DNA of 64,000 bases. Source: Alphaproteobacteria bacterium (GTDB lineage Bacteria > Pseudomonadota > Alphaproteobacteria > RF32 > CAG-239). Below are positions 1 through 9,098 of the stretch, in pieces. How positions within the stretch are numbered: position 1 is the stretch's first letter; the number at the start of each line of letters is the position of its first letter. The stretch lies in the NCBI GenBank assembly GCA_017626035.1, contig JAGAJR010000016.1:41272-105271 (forward strand), given 5' to 3'. The position numbers were made by a program, and so were the translations under genes. The notes under the pieces were generated by a model. The model worked only from the letters and a program-made list of their open reading frames with translations. It did no database searches and was not told where the DNA came from.

Positions 1-348
1 CAAATCTTTGTCGGAAATTTTCTTAAGGCGATGATATTTAGGGATATAGAGCCAAGTTCCGTCTGCTTTCAAAACATAAATGTCCAGATCTTGAGAATTC
101 ATAGATGTCGGGATGGTCAGTCCGCCGTTGTCGCGGTTTTGTCCCGAAGCTGCCCATAGCAAATTTCCGAGACTTTGTTCCGTAATGCCGCGGGAACCAT
201 ATTTTTTTGTAGATTTTCTTTTTGCCAGAGCCTGCATAAGCGGAGTTTTTATGGATAAATCCGGTTGAGGCAGATTAACGGAAGTATCTTCCGCCAAAGC
301 CGTAGAGACGGAAAAGAAAGCTAAAAATAAAATCAAAAATTTTGACAT
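1..348 (-). CDS. Nitroreductase-fold (SagB/ThcOx-like) protein with signal peptide; 5' part only, gene runs off the left edge
   Basis: Not in the ORF track because there is no stop in the window. Minus-strand ATG at 346-348 is preceded by AGGAGA. My translation is MSKFLILFLAFFSVSTALAEDTS...RKSTKKYGSRGITEQSLGNLLWAASGQNRDNGGLTIPTSMNSQDLDIYVL. It shows the R.S.R.y...LLWAA.G.N...P(S/T)..N.Q...Y pattern of nitroreductase-fold enzymes. Confidence 0.55.
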   Translation of the reverse strand, partial: MSKFLILFLAFFSVSTALAEDTSVNLPQPDLSIKTPLMQALAKRKSTKKYGSRGITEQSLGNLLWAASGQNRDNGGLTIPTSMNSQDLDIYVLKADGTWLYIPKYHRLKKISDKDL

Positions 349-413
349 ATGGTTTCTCCTAAAATCTTTAAGACCGATAATAGGCAAGAAAGATTACTAT
401 TTCGTTATCTCCA

Positions 414-447
414 TAAAAAAACACCCTGATTTCTCAGGGTGTTTTTC
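414..447. terminator. Bidirectional rho-independent terminator downstream of rpsA
   Basis: Stem ACACCCTGA / TCAGGGTGT (421-442) with a 4-nt loop, flanked by an A-run (414-420) and a T-run (443-446). It lies 17 nt beyond the rpsA stop. Confidence 0.7.
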
Positions 448-463
448 AAAGACAGATTAAATA

Positions 464-2149
464 TTAAGCGTTCTTTTTCAAAGCTTCGCCCAATACATCG
501 CCTAAAGAAGAACCACCGGTAGATGTTGTGGTATATTCCTCTAAAGCTTTCTTTTCTTCTTCGATTTCGAGAGCTTTAACGGAAAGACCGATTTTGTTGT
601 TTTTCTTATCTACGGAAGTAACTTTAGCTTCCAAAACATCACCCTCTTTGTAGTTTTCAGGGTTCTGCTGAGCCTTTTCTTTAGACAAATCGGCTTTTTT
701 AATCATAGCGGCAACGCCGTTAACTTCAACATTAACGCCTTTGTCGTCAATAGAAGTAACGGTAGCTTTTACGACATCACCTTTTTTAACGGCGTCAAGA
801 GCATTAGCCAGAGTGTTTTCTGACAATTGTTTAATGCCGAGGCTGATGCGTTCTTTTTCTACGTCAACGTCAATGATTTTAGCCTGAATGTCTTGACCTT
901 TGGTAAAGTCTTTAACGGCTTCTTCACCGGACTTGTCCCAAGAAATATCGGACAAGTGAATCATACCGTCAATTTCATCAGACAAACCGACAAACAAACC
1001 GAATTCGGTAATGTTTTTGATTTTGCCTTCGATAACGGAACCGACCGGATGTTCTTCAACATAAGCAGCCCAAGGATTCGGGGTGCACTGTTTAATACCC
1101 AGAGAGATACGTCTCTTGTCGGCATCAACTTCCAGAACTTTAACTTCAACTTCCTGAGAAGTAGAAACAATTTTACCCGGATGAACGTTTTTGCGGGTCC
1201 AGCTCATTTCGGAAACGTGAACCAAACCTTCAATACCGTCTTCGAGTTCAACGAATGCACCGTAATCGGTAATGTTGGTTACTTTACCTTTGTAAACTTC
1301 GCCAACTTGGAATTTGTCGGCAACAGCCTGCCAAGGATCGTTTTCGAGTTGTTTCATACCCAAAGAAATGCGTTGGTTGTCTTCATTGAATTTGATAACC
1401 TGAACTTTAACTGTCTGACCGACAGAAAGAACTTCTGCAGGGTGGTTAATTCTCTTCCAAGAAATATCTGTAACGTGCAACAAGCCGTCAACACCGCCCA
1501 AGTCAATGAATGCACCGTAATCGGTAATGTTTTTGACAACACCGTCAAGAATAGAACCTTCTTTAAGAGTGTCAATCAATTCGGCACGAGCTTCAGCTCT
1601 TGTTTCTTCAAGAACAACACGGCGGGAAACAACGATGTTGCCTCTGACCTTGTCCATTTTCAAGATTTGGAACGGCTGAGAGATTCCCATTAACGGAGTG
1701 ATATCGCGAATAGGGCGGATATCAATCTGAGAGCCCGGCAAGAAAGCAATTGCACCGTTGAGGTCAACAGTGAAACCGCCTTTAACGCGGCCGAAGATAA
1801 CGCCGTTAACTCTTTCGCCGGAGTTGAGGCATTTTTCCAGATCCTGCCAAACTTCTTCACGGCGTGCTTTTTCACGGGAAAGAACGATTTGGCCGTCTTT
1901 GTCTTCATAACGATCAACATAAACTTCGATTTGGTCGCCGATTTTCAGTTCGCTGTTTTGACCGAATTCGCGAAGAGGAATACGGCCTTCAGACTTCAAT
2001 CCGACATCAACGATAGCGAAGTCAGGAGTTAAACGGATGATTGTACCTTTAACAACTGAACCGGTAATTCCGTTATCACCGAATTGTTCGTTAAGAAGAG
2101 CTTCAAAACTCTCAGTCATTTCAGGGATTTTAAATTCTGTATTAATCAT
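464..2149 (-). CDS. rpsA: 30S ribosomal protein S1
   Basis: 561-aa ORF with six S1/OB repeats, seen as recurring G.V..G.V..I..(Y/F)GAF(V/I).L..G..GL.H.S motifs. MTESFEALLNEQF matches the usual S1 N-terminus, so the real start may be the internal ATG at 2119. cmk lies directly upstream. Confidence 0.95.
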   Translation of the reverse strand: MINTEFKIPEMTESFEALLNEQFGDNGITGSVVKGTIIRLTPDFAIVDVGLKSEGRIPLREFGQNSELKIGDQIEVYVDRYEDKDGQIVLSREKARREEVWQDLEKCLNSGERVNGVIFGRVKGGFTVDLNGAIAFLPGSQIDIRPIRDITPLMGISQPFQILKMDKVRGNIVVSRRVVLEETRAEARAELIDTLKEGSILDGVVKNITDYGAFIDLGGVDGLLHVTDISWKRINHPAEVLSVGQTVKVQVIKFNEDNQRISLGMKQLENDPWQAVADKFQVGEVYKGKVTNITDYGAFVELEDGIEGLVHVSEMSWTRKNVHPGKIVSTSQEVEVKVLEVDADKRRISLGIKQCTPNPWAAYVEEHPVGSVIEGKIKNITEFGLFVGLSDEIDGMIHLSDISWDKSGEEAVKDFTKGQDIQAKIIDVDVEKERISLGIKQLSENTLANALDAVKKGDVVKATVTSIDDKGVNVEVNGVAAMIKKADLSKEKAQQNPENYKEGDVLEAKVTSVDKKNNKIGLSVKALEIEEEKKALEEYTTTSTGGSSLGDVLGEALKKNA

Positions 2150-2305
2150 AAATTATTGGTATTTCATAAAAAATGCCGGCTTCGGAACAGATTGTCCTTA
2201 AATGAAGCGGACTTGTGCGGGGTTGGTTTCGCTGTAAATCATCGCACCCTGAACTTTACAGTCGGGTATCTTTATACACTTAAATATTTATTTTTCAAGC
2301 AAATT

Positions 2306-2959
2306 CTAATGATTTTCGATGATTTCGCAGGCTTTTTTCAAAACATCGTCAATACTCAGAGAGGAGGTATCAAGAATATAAGCGTCTTCTGCCGGTTTCA
2401 AAGGGGCAGTCGAACGGCTGGAGTCCCTCTCATCTCGGGCAATAATATCCGCCAGAACTTTTTCATAAGGCGTGTCCATGCCTTTTTCCTGCAGTTCTTT
2501 GAAACGGCGTTGAGCCCGTACCTCGGAAGAGGCGGTAATAAAAAATTTAATGTCTGCTTCCGGACAAACGACCGTTCCGGTATCTCTGCCGTCATAGATA
2601 GCTCCGGCAGCAGGTGTTCCGTCGGCAAAAGTCGGTTTTTTTGAGAAATCCTGCTGAACTTTAAGCAATGCGGCCCGAACTTTCGGATGGGCGGAAACGA
2701 TTGAAGCGGCAACTCCACCTTCGGAACTGCGAAATTCCGGATTTTTTGAAAGTTCTGTCATCTTGGCAAAGGTAAGTTGTTTTGCGGCTTCCTCCGCCAA
2801 TGTTTCATCATGGACATCCTGCCCTTTAAGCCGCAAGTCCAATCCGACGGCACGATACACCATTCCCGTATCAAAATAAGCCAAATTATAAATTTTGGCC
2901 AGGGTAGAAGCCAGAGTGCCTTTTCCGGCCGATGCCGGGCCGTCGATTGTGATAATCAT
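2306..2959 (-). CDS. cmk: Cytidylate kinase
   Basis: 217 aa. N-terminal P-loop ITIDGPASAGKGT, then YFDTGMVYRAV and the C-terminal RD..D..R motif region. Classical cmk-rpsA synteny. Confidence 0.93.
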   Translation of the reverse strand: MIITIDGPASAGKGTLASTLAKIYNLAYFDTGMVYRAVGLDLRLKGQDVHDETLAEEAAKQLTFAKMTELSKNPEFRSSEGGVAASIVSAHPKVRAALLKVQQDFSKKPTFADGTPAAGAIYDGRDTGTVVCPEADIKFFITASSEVRAQRRFKELQEKGMDTPYEKVLADIIARDERDSSRSTAPLKPAEDAYILDTSSLSIDDVLKKACEIIENH

Positions 2960-3084
2960 AATATCAATGTCCGTTTCTTAAAACTTAACAAAAATTTTAT
3001 TTATTCCTTAACATATCTAATGTAAACTGTAAAAGTAAGATGATTAATTATACAGAGTTTTTAACATCGGCAAAGGAGAAAATT

Positions 3085-3723
3085 TTGTTTCGAAAATTAA
3101 AAATAATTGCGGCGGCAGGGCTTTTGAGCATATTTTCCCCTTGCAAATCCGAGGCTGTGGTAGTTCAGGATGCAACAGTGGTTTTAAAAAACGGAATGTG
3201 GGAAACCGGGTATCAGGAAAGAAAACAACAGCGAAAAGTTCAGCGAAATAAAAATGAAAATCCTGCTTCAATAACATTTCCGGAACCGGATTATTCCAAC
3301 CCGGTAAAAAATAATAGACTGGAAGGGCCGACAAGACCGGTTATTGCCGTTTCTTCGGAAGATGACGCTCCGGCAATAGATTATAACGACGCCATTGCCA
3401 AGCATTTGTTCGGTACGCCGGATGCCGATGAAGATGAAGGGGCGTATGTTGTCCGGTTTTCGGGGACGGCAGAAAATGCTATTGTAGAACAAGGCCGGCA
3501 GATTGAAATAAAATTAAATGCTCCGGAAGGTGTTTTGTGGCATTATGAAAAATCTTCTCCGTTGTTGAAATATCTGGATCAAAAACAGGAAGACGGAGTG
3601 CTGACGCTGTTTTACCAAGCGGAAAAACCCGGAACGGAAAAATTTTATTTTGACAGTATGGAATATAAAGACGGTTCCGTAAATGTTCTTGAATCCAAAA
3701 TACTGAATGTAAAAGTAAAATGA
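3085..3723 (+). CDS. Hypothetical exported protein or lipoprotein
   Basis: Track ORF is 3040-3723. A TTG at 3085 sits 6 nt after AAGGAG and gives MFRKLKIIAAAGLLSIFSPCKS, a signal peptide with a lipobox-like Cys. No family recognised with confidence. Confidence 0.5.
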   Translation: MFRKLKIIAAAGLLSIFSPCKSEAVVVQDATVVLKNGMWETGYQERKQQRKVQRNKNENPASITFPEPDYSNPVKNNRLEGPTRPVIAVSSEDDAPAIDYNDAIAKHLFGTPDADEDEGAYVVRFSGTAENAIVEQGRQIEIKLNAPEGVLWHYEKSSPLLKYLDQKQEDGVLTLFYQAEKPGTEKFYFDSMEYKDGSVNVLESKILNVKVK

Positions 3724-4463
3724 CGTTGAAAAAAACAGCCAAAATAAGATTGTTTGTTGAAGAGAGCTCTTTATGCCCTGAAGAGCAAATTCTTTTACCT
3801 GAAAAACAAAGCCATTATCTTCAAAATGTTATGAAGCAGAATATCGGCAGCCGTATTCTTTGCTTTGACGGGAAAAGCGGCGAATATGAATGCGAGCTTG
3901 TTGAATGCGGAAAAAAAGCCTGTCGGATAAAGGTTTTGCAAAAAACTAAGGATTTTTATGCCTGTCCCGATATCTGGCTTTTGTTTGCTCCGGTCAAAAA
4001 AGACCAGACGGATTTTATTATCCAAAAAGCGACGGAGCTCGGGGTCGGAAAGATTGTGCCGGTAATAACGGAAAGAACCATCAGTGATAAAGTAAAAAAA
4101 GAACGTTTTATGTTGCAGGCGGTGGAAGCTTGTGAACAGTGCCGACGGGTTGATGTTCCGGAAATTGAAGAGGCCGTTCCTTTGGATAAACTTTTGTCCG
4201 ATTGGAACCCGGAAAGAAAATTGTATTTTATGGATGAAACCGGCAGCGGAAAAAATATCCGGGAGGCGTTTGTCTCAGCTGCTGTTCCTGCCGCGGTTTT
4301 AGTGGGACCGGAAGGCGGATTTTCAGAAAAAGAATTGGAAAAATTAAGAAAACAGCCTTATACTGAAGCTGTTACAATGGGTAAAAGAATTTTAAGAGCC
4401 GAAACGGCTGTTGCTGCGGCCTTGTCCTGTTGGCAGGCGTTGAGCGGGGATTGGACGGATTAA
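3720..4463 (+). CDS. rsmE: 16S rRNA (uracil1498-N3)-methyltransferase RsmE
   Basis: 247 aa. RLFVEE start region, LLFAPVKKDQTDFIIQKATELGV..IVPVITERT and the C-terminal LVGPEGGFSEKE knot motif are typical of RsmE. ATGA overlap with the upstream ORF. Confidence 0.85.
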   Translation: MTLKKTAKIRLFVEESSLCPEEQILLPEKQSHYLQNVMKQNIGSRILCFDGKSGEYECELVECGKKACRIKVLQKTKDFYACPDIWLLFAPVKKDQTDFIIQKATELGVGKIVPVITERTISDKVKKERFMLQAVEACEQCRRVDVPEIEEAVPLDKLLSDWNPERKLYFMDETGSGKNIREAFVSAAVPAAVLVGPEGGFSEKELEKLRKQPYTEAVTMGKRILRAETAVAAALSCWQALSGDWTD

Positions 4464-4475
4464 AGGAGAAACGGA

Positions 4476-5153
4476 TTGAAAATACTGGTTGCCGATGATC
4501 ATGAATTGTTTTTGAAAGGTTTGGAACTTGTTCTGCAAAGTCTTAACAAGGAAATAGAATTGTCTTTTGCCAAGAATTATACCGAAATTTTTGATATTTT
4601 GGAAACAGATAAGTCTTTTGACTTGATTTTAACGGATTTGGCGATGCCGGGAGCAAAATGGATGGATGCAATTGCCAAAATCCACCAGCTGGTTCCCGAT
4701 ACGCCGATTATTATTCTTTCTGCCGTGTTTGATAAGGAAATTGTGCAGAAAACAATTGAAATCGGCGTTTCCGGCTACATCCCGAAAACATCGTCAAACG
4801 CGGTTATTTTAAGTGCGGTCAATTTGGTTATGTCAGGCGGAGTTTATATCCCTGCGGAATTGCTTAATAATAAAGAATTGAGCAATGAATTTGACGCATT
4901 GAAGCAGGTCGAAAACCAAAATGAGGCACATTCGGAGGAAAAGGCCAAGGTTTTAACCCCGAGACAAGTTGATGTTGTCAAATGTATTGCCCGGGGTTGT
5001 TCGAATAAGCAGATAGCTTATGAATTGGGATTAAGCGAAGGAACGGTTAAACTCCATGTAACGGCGATATTAAAACTGTTGAACGTTTATAACCGGACGG
5101 GAGCTGTTATGGAAGCAACACGTTTGGGGTTGATAAAAAAAGATGAGCAGTAA
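4476..5153 (+). CDS. Response regulator, NarL/FixJ (LuxR HTH) family
   Basis: Receiver domain (ILVADDH, DLILTDLAMPG) plus a C-terminal LuxR-type HTH (LTPRQVDVVKCIARGCSNKQIAYELGLSEGTVKLHV). TTG start follows GGAGAA. Confidence 0.9.
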   Translation: MKILVADDHELFLKGLELVLQSLNKEIELSFAKNYTEIFDILETDKSFDLILTDLAMPGAKWMDAIAKIHQLVPDTPIIILSAVFDKEIVQKTIEIGVSGYIPKTSSNAVILSAVNLVMSGGVYIPAELLNNKELSNEFDALKQVENQNEAHSEEKAKVLTPRQVDVVKCIARGCSNKQIAYELGLSEGTVKLHVTAILKLLNVYNRTGAVMEATRLGLIKKDEQ

Positions 5154-5490
5154 AAATTTTAGTTTGGATAATCTCCGTCAGTATGATGAAATTTTCGGCA
5201 GAGAGAAAATGCTGAGATTGTTTTCTGAATATCGGCAAAAAGCCGAAACTGATTTGTCTCGGACGGAAGAACTTCTGAAAAACGAAAAAACGGAAGAACT
5301 TCGCTTGATTTACCATAGTTTGCGTTCTTCCTCCCAAGTTTTCGGAATGATGGGTTTCTCTTTTGCCTGCCAAGATATTGAACAAAGGATTCTTGACGGC
5401 GAAACATCGGAAAAACTGGATAAATTTATCGGACTGAGCCGTCAGATTTATGAACAGGAACTTGTTGATGTTGTAACTTTTCTGAAGTAG
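5143..5490 (+). CDS. Hpt (histidine phosphotransfer) domain protein
   Basis: 115 aa, helical, with an Hpt-like His motif YHSLRSSSQVFGMMGF. Its start overlaps the stop of the response regulator gene. Confidence 0.65.
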   Translation: MSSKNFSLDNLRQYDEIFGREKMLRLFSEYRQKAETDLSRTEELLKNEKTEELRLIYHSLRSSSQVFGMMGFSFACQDIEQRILDGETSEKLDKFIGLSRQIYEQELVDVVTFLK

Positions 5491-5498
5491 GAGCGACA

Positions 5499-6200
5499 AT
5501 GGAAGATAAAGAAGAAAGAAAAACGGTAAAACTCCCGCCGTATGTTAAAGCCGTTTATGGCTGGTTGTATTGCAATTGGCAAATGAGCCGTTTTTTTGAC
5601 AGGGTTTGGTTGTTAAAGCTTTTAACCTTGGGAAATTATGGCAAACTGCAAGCTTCTTTGTTAAAAGAAATTGCTCCTAAAAGCAAAGTTCTTCAAATAG
5701 GGGCGACTTTTGGCGATCAGATTGAAAAAACCGCGGAAAAAATCGGTTTTTCCGGCAAATATGATTTGATTGACGTATGCGGAACACAAATTCGCCGCTG
5801 TGAAGAAAAGTATAAATATTTGTTTCCGAATATGCACTTTCTTCATCAAGACGGAACCAAGGCCCTTGAAGACAAATATGACGTCATTATTTGCTATAAT
5901 CTGTTGCATGAACTTCCAATCTTGTCAAAAATAAAAGTGGTTGATAATGCGTTGAACAGCCTGACAGATAAAGGAAAAGTCGTATTTGTGGATTATCATA
6001 ATCCGTCTTTTTGGCACCCTTTGAGATATGTTGTTCGGATGTTTAACCGGCTGTATCAGCCTTTTGCCGAAAAAATGTGGGATAGGGAAATCCACTCTTA
6101 TGCCACCAAGACAAGAGGTTTTGTTTGGAAGAAAACCACGTTTTTTGGTGGTTTTTACCAAAAAACCGTTGCAATAAAAAAACAAAAATTAGTTGAATAG
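5499..6200 (+). CDS. Class I methyltransferase-fold protein, possibly RquA-like (rhodoquinone biosynthesis)
   Basis: 233 aa. Motif I is degenerate, with Gln in place of the acidic residue (VLQIGATFGDQ). The conserved block KVVFVDYHNPSFWHPL resembles what I recall of RquA rather than UbiE/UbiG. This assignment is tentative. Confidence 0.5.
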   Translation: MEDKEERKTVKLPPYVKAVYGWLYCNWQMSRFFDRVWLLKLLTLGNYGKLQASLLKEIAPKSKVLQIGATFGDQIEKTAEKIGFSGKYDLIDVCGTQIRRCEEKYKYLFPNMHFLHQDGTKALEDKYDVIICYNLLHELPILSKIKVVDNALNSLTDKGKVVFVDYHNPSFWHPLRYVVRMFNRLYQPFAEKMWDREIHSYATKTRGFVWKKTTFFGGFYQKTVAIKKQKLVE

Positions 6201-7169
6201 CTGATTGATAGCTTCTGCAACAAACATTGCCGGATCCAAACGTTTCTGCGGTTTAAAATCCAAAGCGTCGGGAGCGTCGCAGGCAATGGCATATCCGTCA
6301 TCAAACAATGACTGAACAAAACGCAGATGTTTCGGCGTCAGCCATTTTTCTCCGGTAAAAATCAAGACCGGTTTTCCGGAACCGCAGGATTCGCAGCTCA
6401 TGGAAACGGAATCTCCCGTAACCAGAATTCTGTCTCCGCAGGCCCAAAATCCCATAATCGGATTTTCTTTCTTCTCACCCCACAGATATGTATAAGCAGG
6501 AATGCCTTTTAACTCGTTCATAATAAATGTTTCTGCTTTTTCGCCGGTGCGTTTTGAATCTGTAATAAGAATGGAGCCGCCGGTTTGAGCGTGTATTTTC
6601 TTTATTTCGTCAGCCAGCCGTTTGGCGTTTTCCAAAGAGAAAGGCTTCCCTTTGATGGCTCCTCCGATAATAACGGTTGTGAAAGGCCGCGGAAGATGGG
6701 CGAAAGAACTTTCCCATTTAGCTTTTGCTTCGGCCATGGCTTTTTCGGTAACACGATGCGGGCTTCCGGTAATAAACATAAAATTTTCAGGATGCTGCGG
6801 GCGTCTGTCATGTTCCGGAACCACAACCAAATCAAAGTCTTTGGCTTCAAAATTTTGAATTCGCATTAATTGGAGCAATTTTGTTTTGCCGTCTGATTGC
6901 TTTTTTATCCAGCGGGCAACCGGTGCGGTTCTTCGGCTTCCGGATAAAACCAAGTCCGGAAATTGATATGAAATATCCGAGCTTTTAATCTTATTGACAC
7001 CGAGAAGGGAAGCTCCTTTCAAAAAGTTCGGAAGCTTGGCCAAACAAGTATATTCGATTTTTTTTTCAATAATTTCATAGCGTTTTGAATCCAGAGCCTG
7101 GGCAACGCCACGCAGTTGTCCGGCACTTCCGGCACGATTGTCTATTAAAAGCCAAATTGTTTTTTTCAT
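6189..7169 (-). CDS. ELM1/DUF1022-family protein (glycosyltransferase-like fold)
   Basis: 326 aa. N-terminal IWLLIDNRAGSAGQLRGVAQAL, an internal VVPEHD block and a C-terminal TGDSVSM block. The overall pattern matches the alphaproteobacterial 'mitochondrial fission ELM1' family as I remember it. Confidence 0.55.
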   Translation of the reverse strand: MKKTIWLLIDNRAGSAGQLRGVAQALDSKRYEIIEKKIEYTCLAKLPNFLKGASLLGVNKIKSSDISYQFPDLVLSGSRRTAPVARWIKKQSDGKTKLLQLMRIQNFEAKDFDLVVVPEHDRRPQHPENFMFITGSPHRVTEKAMAEAKAKWESSFAHLPRPFTTVIIGGAIKGKPFSLENAKRLADEIKKIHAQTGGSILITDSKRTGEKAETFIMNELKGIPAYTYLWGEKKENPIMGFWACGDRILVTGDSVSMSCESCGSGKPVLIFTGEKWLTPKHLRFVQSLFDDGYAIACDAPDALDFKPQKRLDPAMFVAEAINQLFN

Positions 7170-7266
7170 ATTTGATAACTCTAAAAATTAGATAGTAAAT
7201 CGATTCGAGTATGATAATATCTTATTTAAAGGAATTAACAAATGTTTTTTGCAGAGGAGTAAATAG

Positions 7267-7572
7267 ATGAAATTAACGGGTATCTTAATCGCTGCAGCGG
7301 TTTTTTTCGGAGCAAACTCTGCTGTTGCCCAGTATTCCTCACAAAAGGATGCTCAATATCTGGCAACGCTGAAAGCGGTAGTCAATTTTAAAATCGATGA
7401 TGAAGAACATATTAAAAATGTGGAGGCTTTGCGTCAAAACCAAAGTTTTAACCGAAAACTGCAAAGAATGCTGAACAAACTCAGCAATGCCAGAACCAAA
7501 AATACGACCAATCGTCAGGTTTTGAAAATTTTGGAAAAGGCCGGGGAAGACATCTATAAACTTCTGGATTAA
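7267..7572 (+). CDS. Small secreted hypothetical protein
   Basis: 101 aa. Clear signal peptide MKLTGILIAAAVFFGANSAVAQ. The rest is helical and K/N/L-rich. Confidence 0.55.
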   Translation: MKLTGILIAAAVFFGANSAVAQYSSQKDAQYLATLKAVVNFKIDDEEHIKNVEALRQNQSFNRKLQRMLNKLSNARTKNTTNRQVLKILEKAGEDIYKLLD

Positions 7573-7628
7573 GAATTGCTTAAGGAAAAAGTTATACATT
7601 AAATACAAAGGAATGCAGGATATTTAAG

Positions 7629-7802
7629 ATGGAAGCAGTTCAATCGGATAAAACGGATTTTTCGGGAAGAATTCAGTCTCTGCGGGATAAATTACACCGG
7701 GTGGACGGATTTGTTCCCGTAGAAAATATAACCCCTGTTCAGGAACAAAAGCTTTCAATCCCTGCCGGATGCAATAAAAATACGGATGTAATGGAATTGT
7801 AA
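7629..7802 (+). CDS. Possible small ORF (57 aa) translationally coupled to the downstream lipoprotein gene
   Basis: Below the track cutoff. My translation is MEAVQSDKTDFSGRIQSLRDKLHRVDGFVPVENITPVQEQKLSIPAGCNKNTDVMEL. Its stop overlaps the next start as TAATG at 7800-7804, and AGGA lies about 10 nt upstream. Confidence 0.35.
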   Translation: MEAVQSDKTDFSGRIQSLRDKLHRVDGFVPVENITPVQEQKLSIPAGCNKNTDVMEL

Positions 7803-8104
7803 TGAAAAAATATTTTCTTTTCTTTTTGGCCTTTTTTTGCACGGCGTGTTCTCATTCGACGGATGATGTTTTTGATGTTTATGATTCTGACTATGACCGA
7901 ATTGTCAGCAACGTGCGTGTTAAGGAAGAAACGCCGCATTATGTTACCTATGAATATAAAGACGTCCGTATTGACGAGATTGCTTTTCTGGCTTCCAGAT
8001 ACTGCCATGAGCAGGGCGGAAAGAAGGCTGTGCTTAACAACTCGATTTTATACCGCAATTATTCCAGACGGGCGACTTTTGATTGTGTAGAGTTGCAAAA
8101 CTAA
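7802..8104 (+). CDS. Small lipoprotein, hypothetical
   Basis: 100 aa. Lipobox in MKKYFLFFLAFFCTACSH. Confidence 0.6.
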   Translation: MKKYFLFFLAFFCTACSHSTDDVFDVYDSDYDRIVSNVRVKEETPHYVTYEYKDVRIDEIAFLASRYCHEQGGKKAVLNNSILYRNYSRRATFDCVELQN

Positions 8105-8156
8105 TTTCCTCTTCCTATATAAAAATTAATGGGATTTAGTTAGAAAGCTGCAAAAA

Positions 8157-9098
8157 ATGAATAAAAATTTGTATCATGTATTAGGTGTTTCCAAAGATGC
8201 AAGCGAAGCCGAAATCAAATCGGCATATCGCAAACTTGCACGAAAGTATCATCCTGATTTAAATAAAGATGACAAAGACGCTGCCGAAAAGTTTAAAGAA
8301 GTGTCCGGAGCCTACGATATTTTGGGCGATAAGGAAAAACGGAAAAAGTATGATAATAACGAAATAGATGCTGACGGTAAACCGACCGGTTACGGAGCCG
8401 GTTTTGGCGGGGGTAATCCGTTTGGAAACGGCGGCAATCCTTTCGGCGGCGGAAGAACATATACTTATAGCGGAAACGGTGCTGATTTTGACTTTTCATC
8501 AATTTTCGGTGAGGATATCTTTTCACAATTTGGCGGCGGCGGGAACAGCGGTTTCCAAGGTTTTGGCGGAACATCAAGACGGCCGCGGAAGGGAGAAGAT
8601 ATCGCCTATACCATGAAAGTTGACTTTCTGGACGCAGCTAAAGGAGCGGAGAAAAGCGTTATTATTCAAGGGAAAAATATTAACGTAAAAATTCCTGCCG
8701 GAAGCCAGAATGAGCAAACTCTCCGTTTAAAAGGACTGGGATATCCAAGCCCGAACGGCGGAGAAAACGGCGATGTCCTGATTACCTTAAATGTGGACAA
8801 ACACCCTTATTTTACGGCTGACGGAAATAATATCGAGTTGGAATTGCCGATATCCGTAAAAGAGGCGGTTTTGGGCGGAAAAATTACCATTCCGACAATC
8901 AGCGGCAAAGTGGCGGTAAATGTTCCGGCTTATTCCGGCAGCGGTGATAAGCTGCGGTTGAAGGGAAAAGGAATTAAAAGCCGCAGCGGTCAAGGAGACC
9001 AGATTGTTACGCTGAAAATTATCTCGCCGAAAAATAAAAATGCCGAACTGGAAAAAGTGCTGGCTTCTTTGCCGGATGAAACGATTAGGACCTTTTAA
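8157..9098 (+). CDS. DnaJ-class co-chaperone without zinc finger (CbpA-like)
   Basis: J domain ([34 protein letters not shown]), a G/F-rich linker and C-terminal substrate-binding domains. No CxxCxGxG repeats. Confidence 0.88.
   Translation: MNKNLYHVLGVSKDASEAEIKSAYRKLARKYHPDLNKDDKDAAEKFKEVSGAYDILGDKEKRKKYDNNEIDADGKPTGYGAGFGGGNPFGNGGNPFGGGRTYTYSGNGADFDFSSIFGEDIFSQFGGGGNSGFQGFGGTSRRPRKGEDIAYTMKVDFLDAAKGAEKSVIIQGKNINVKIPAGSQNEQTLRLKGLGYPSPNGGENGDVLITLNVDKHPYFTADGNNIELELPISVKEAVLGGKITIPTISGKVAVNVPAYSGSGDKLRLKGKGIKSRSGQGDQIVTLKIISPKNKNAELEKVLASLPDETIRTF

Noticed and set aside
411-426. Identical 16-mer CCATAAAAAAACACCC at 411-426 and 10572-10587, considered as a dispersed repeat element
   Set aside because: Both copies are the A-run plus GC-stem start of terminator hairpins, and the similarity does not extend further. 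It is most simply a coincidental or convergent terminator sequence.
827-1693. 288-aa plus-strand ORF inside rpsA
   Set aside because: It is antisense to a gene with an unmistakable S1 repeat structure. Its translation is F/N/V-rich and low in complexity, as expected for a shadow ORF.
4476-5490. Response regulator plus Hpt pair considered as a Detocs-like defence module
   Set aside because: The regulator has an ordinary LuxR-type DNA-binding output, not an effector enzyme domain, and no hybrid histidine kinase is adjacent. It looks like a conventional phosphorelay fragment.
7624-7842. 72-aa minus-strand ORF in the 7.6-7.8 kb gap
   Set aside because: It overlaps the start of the lipoprotein gene on the other strand. 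Its poly-Lys N-terminus comes from reading the lipoprotein leader backwards, and the plus-strand small ORF with TAATG coupling is more plausible.
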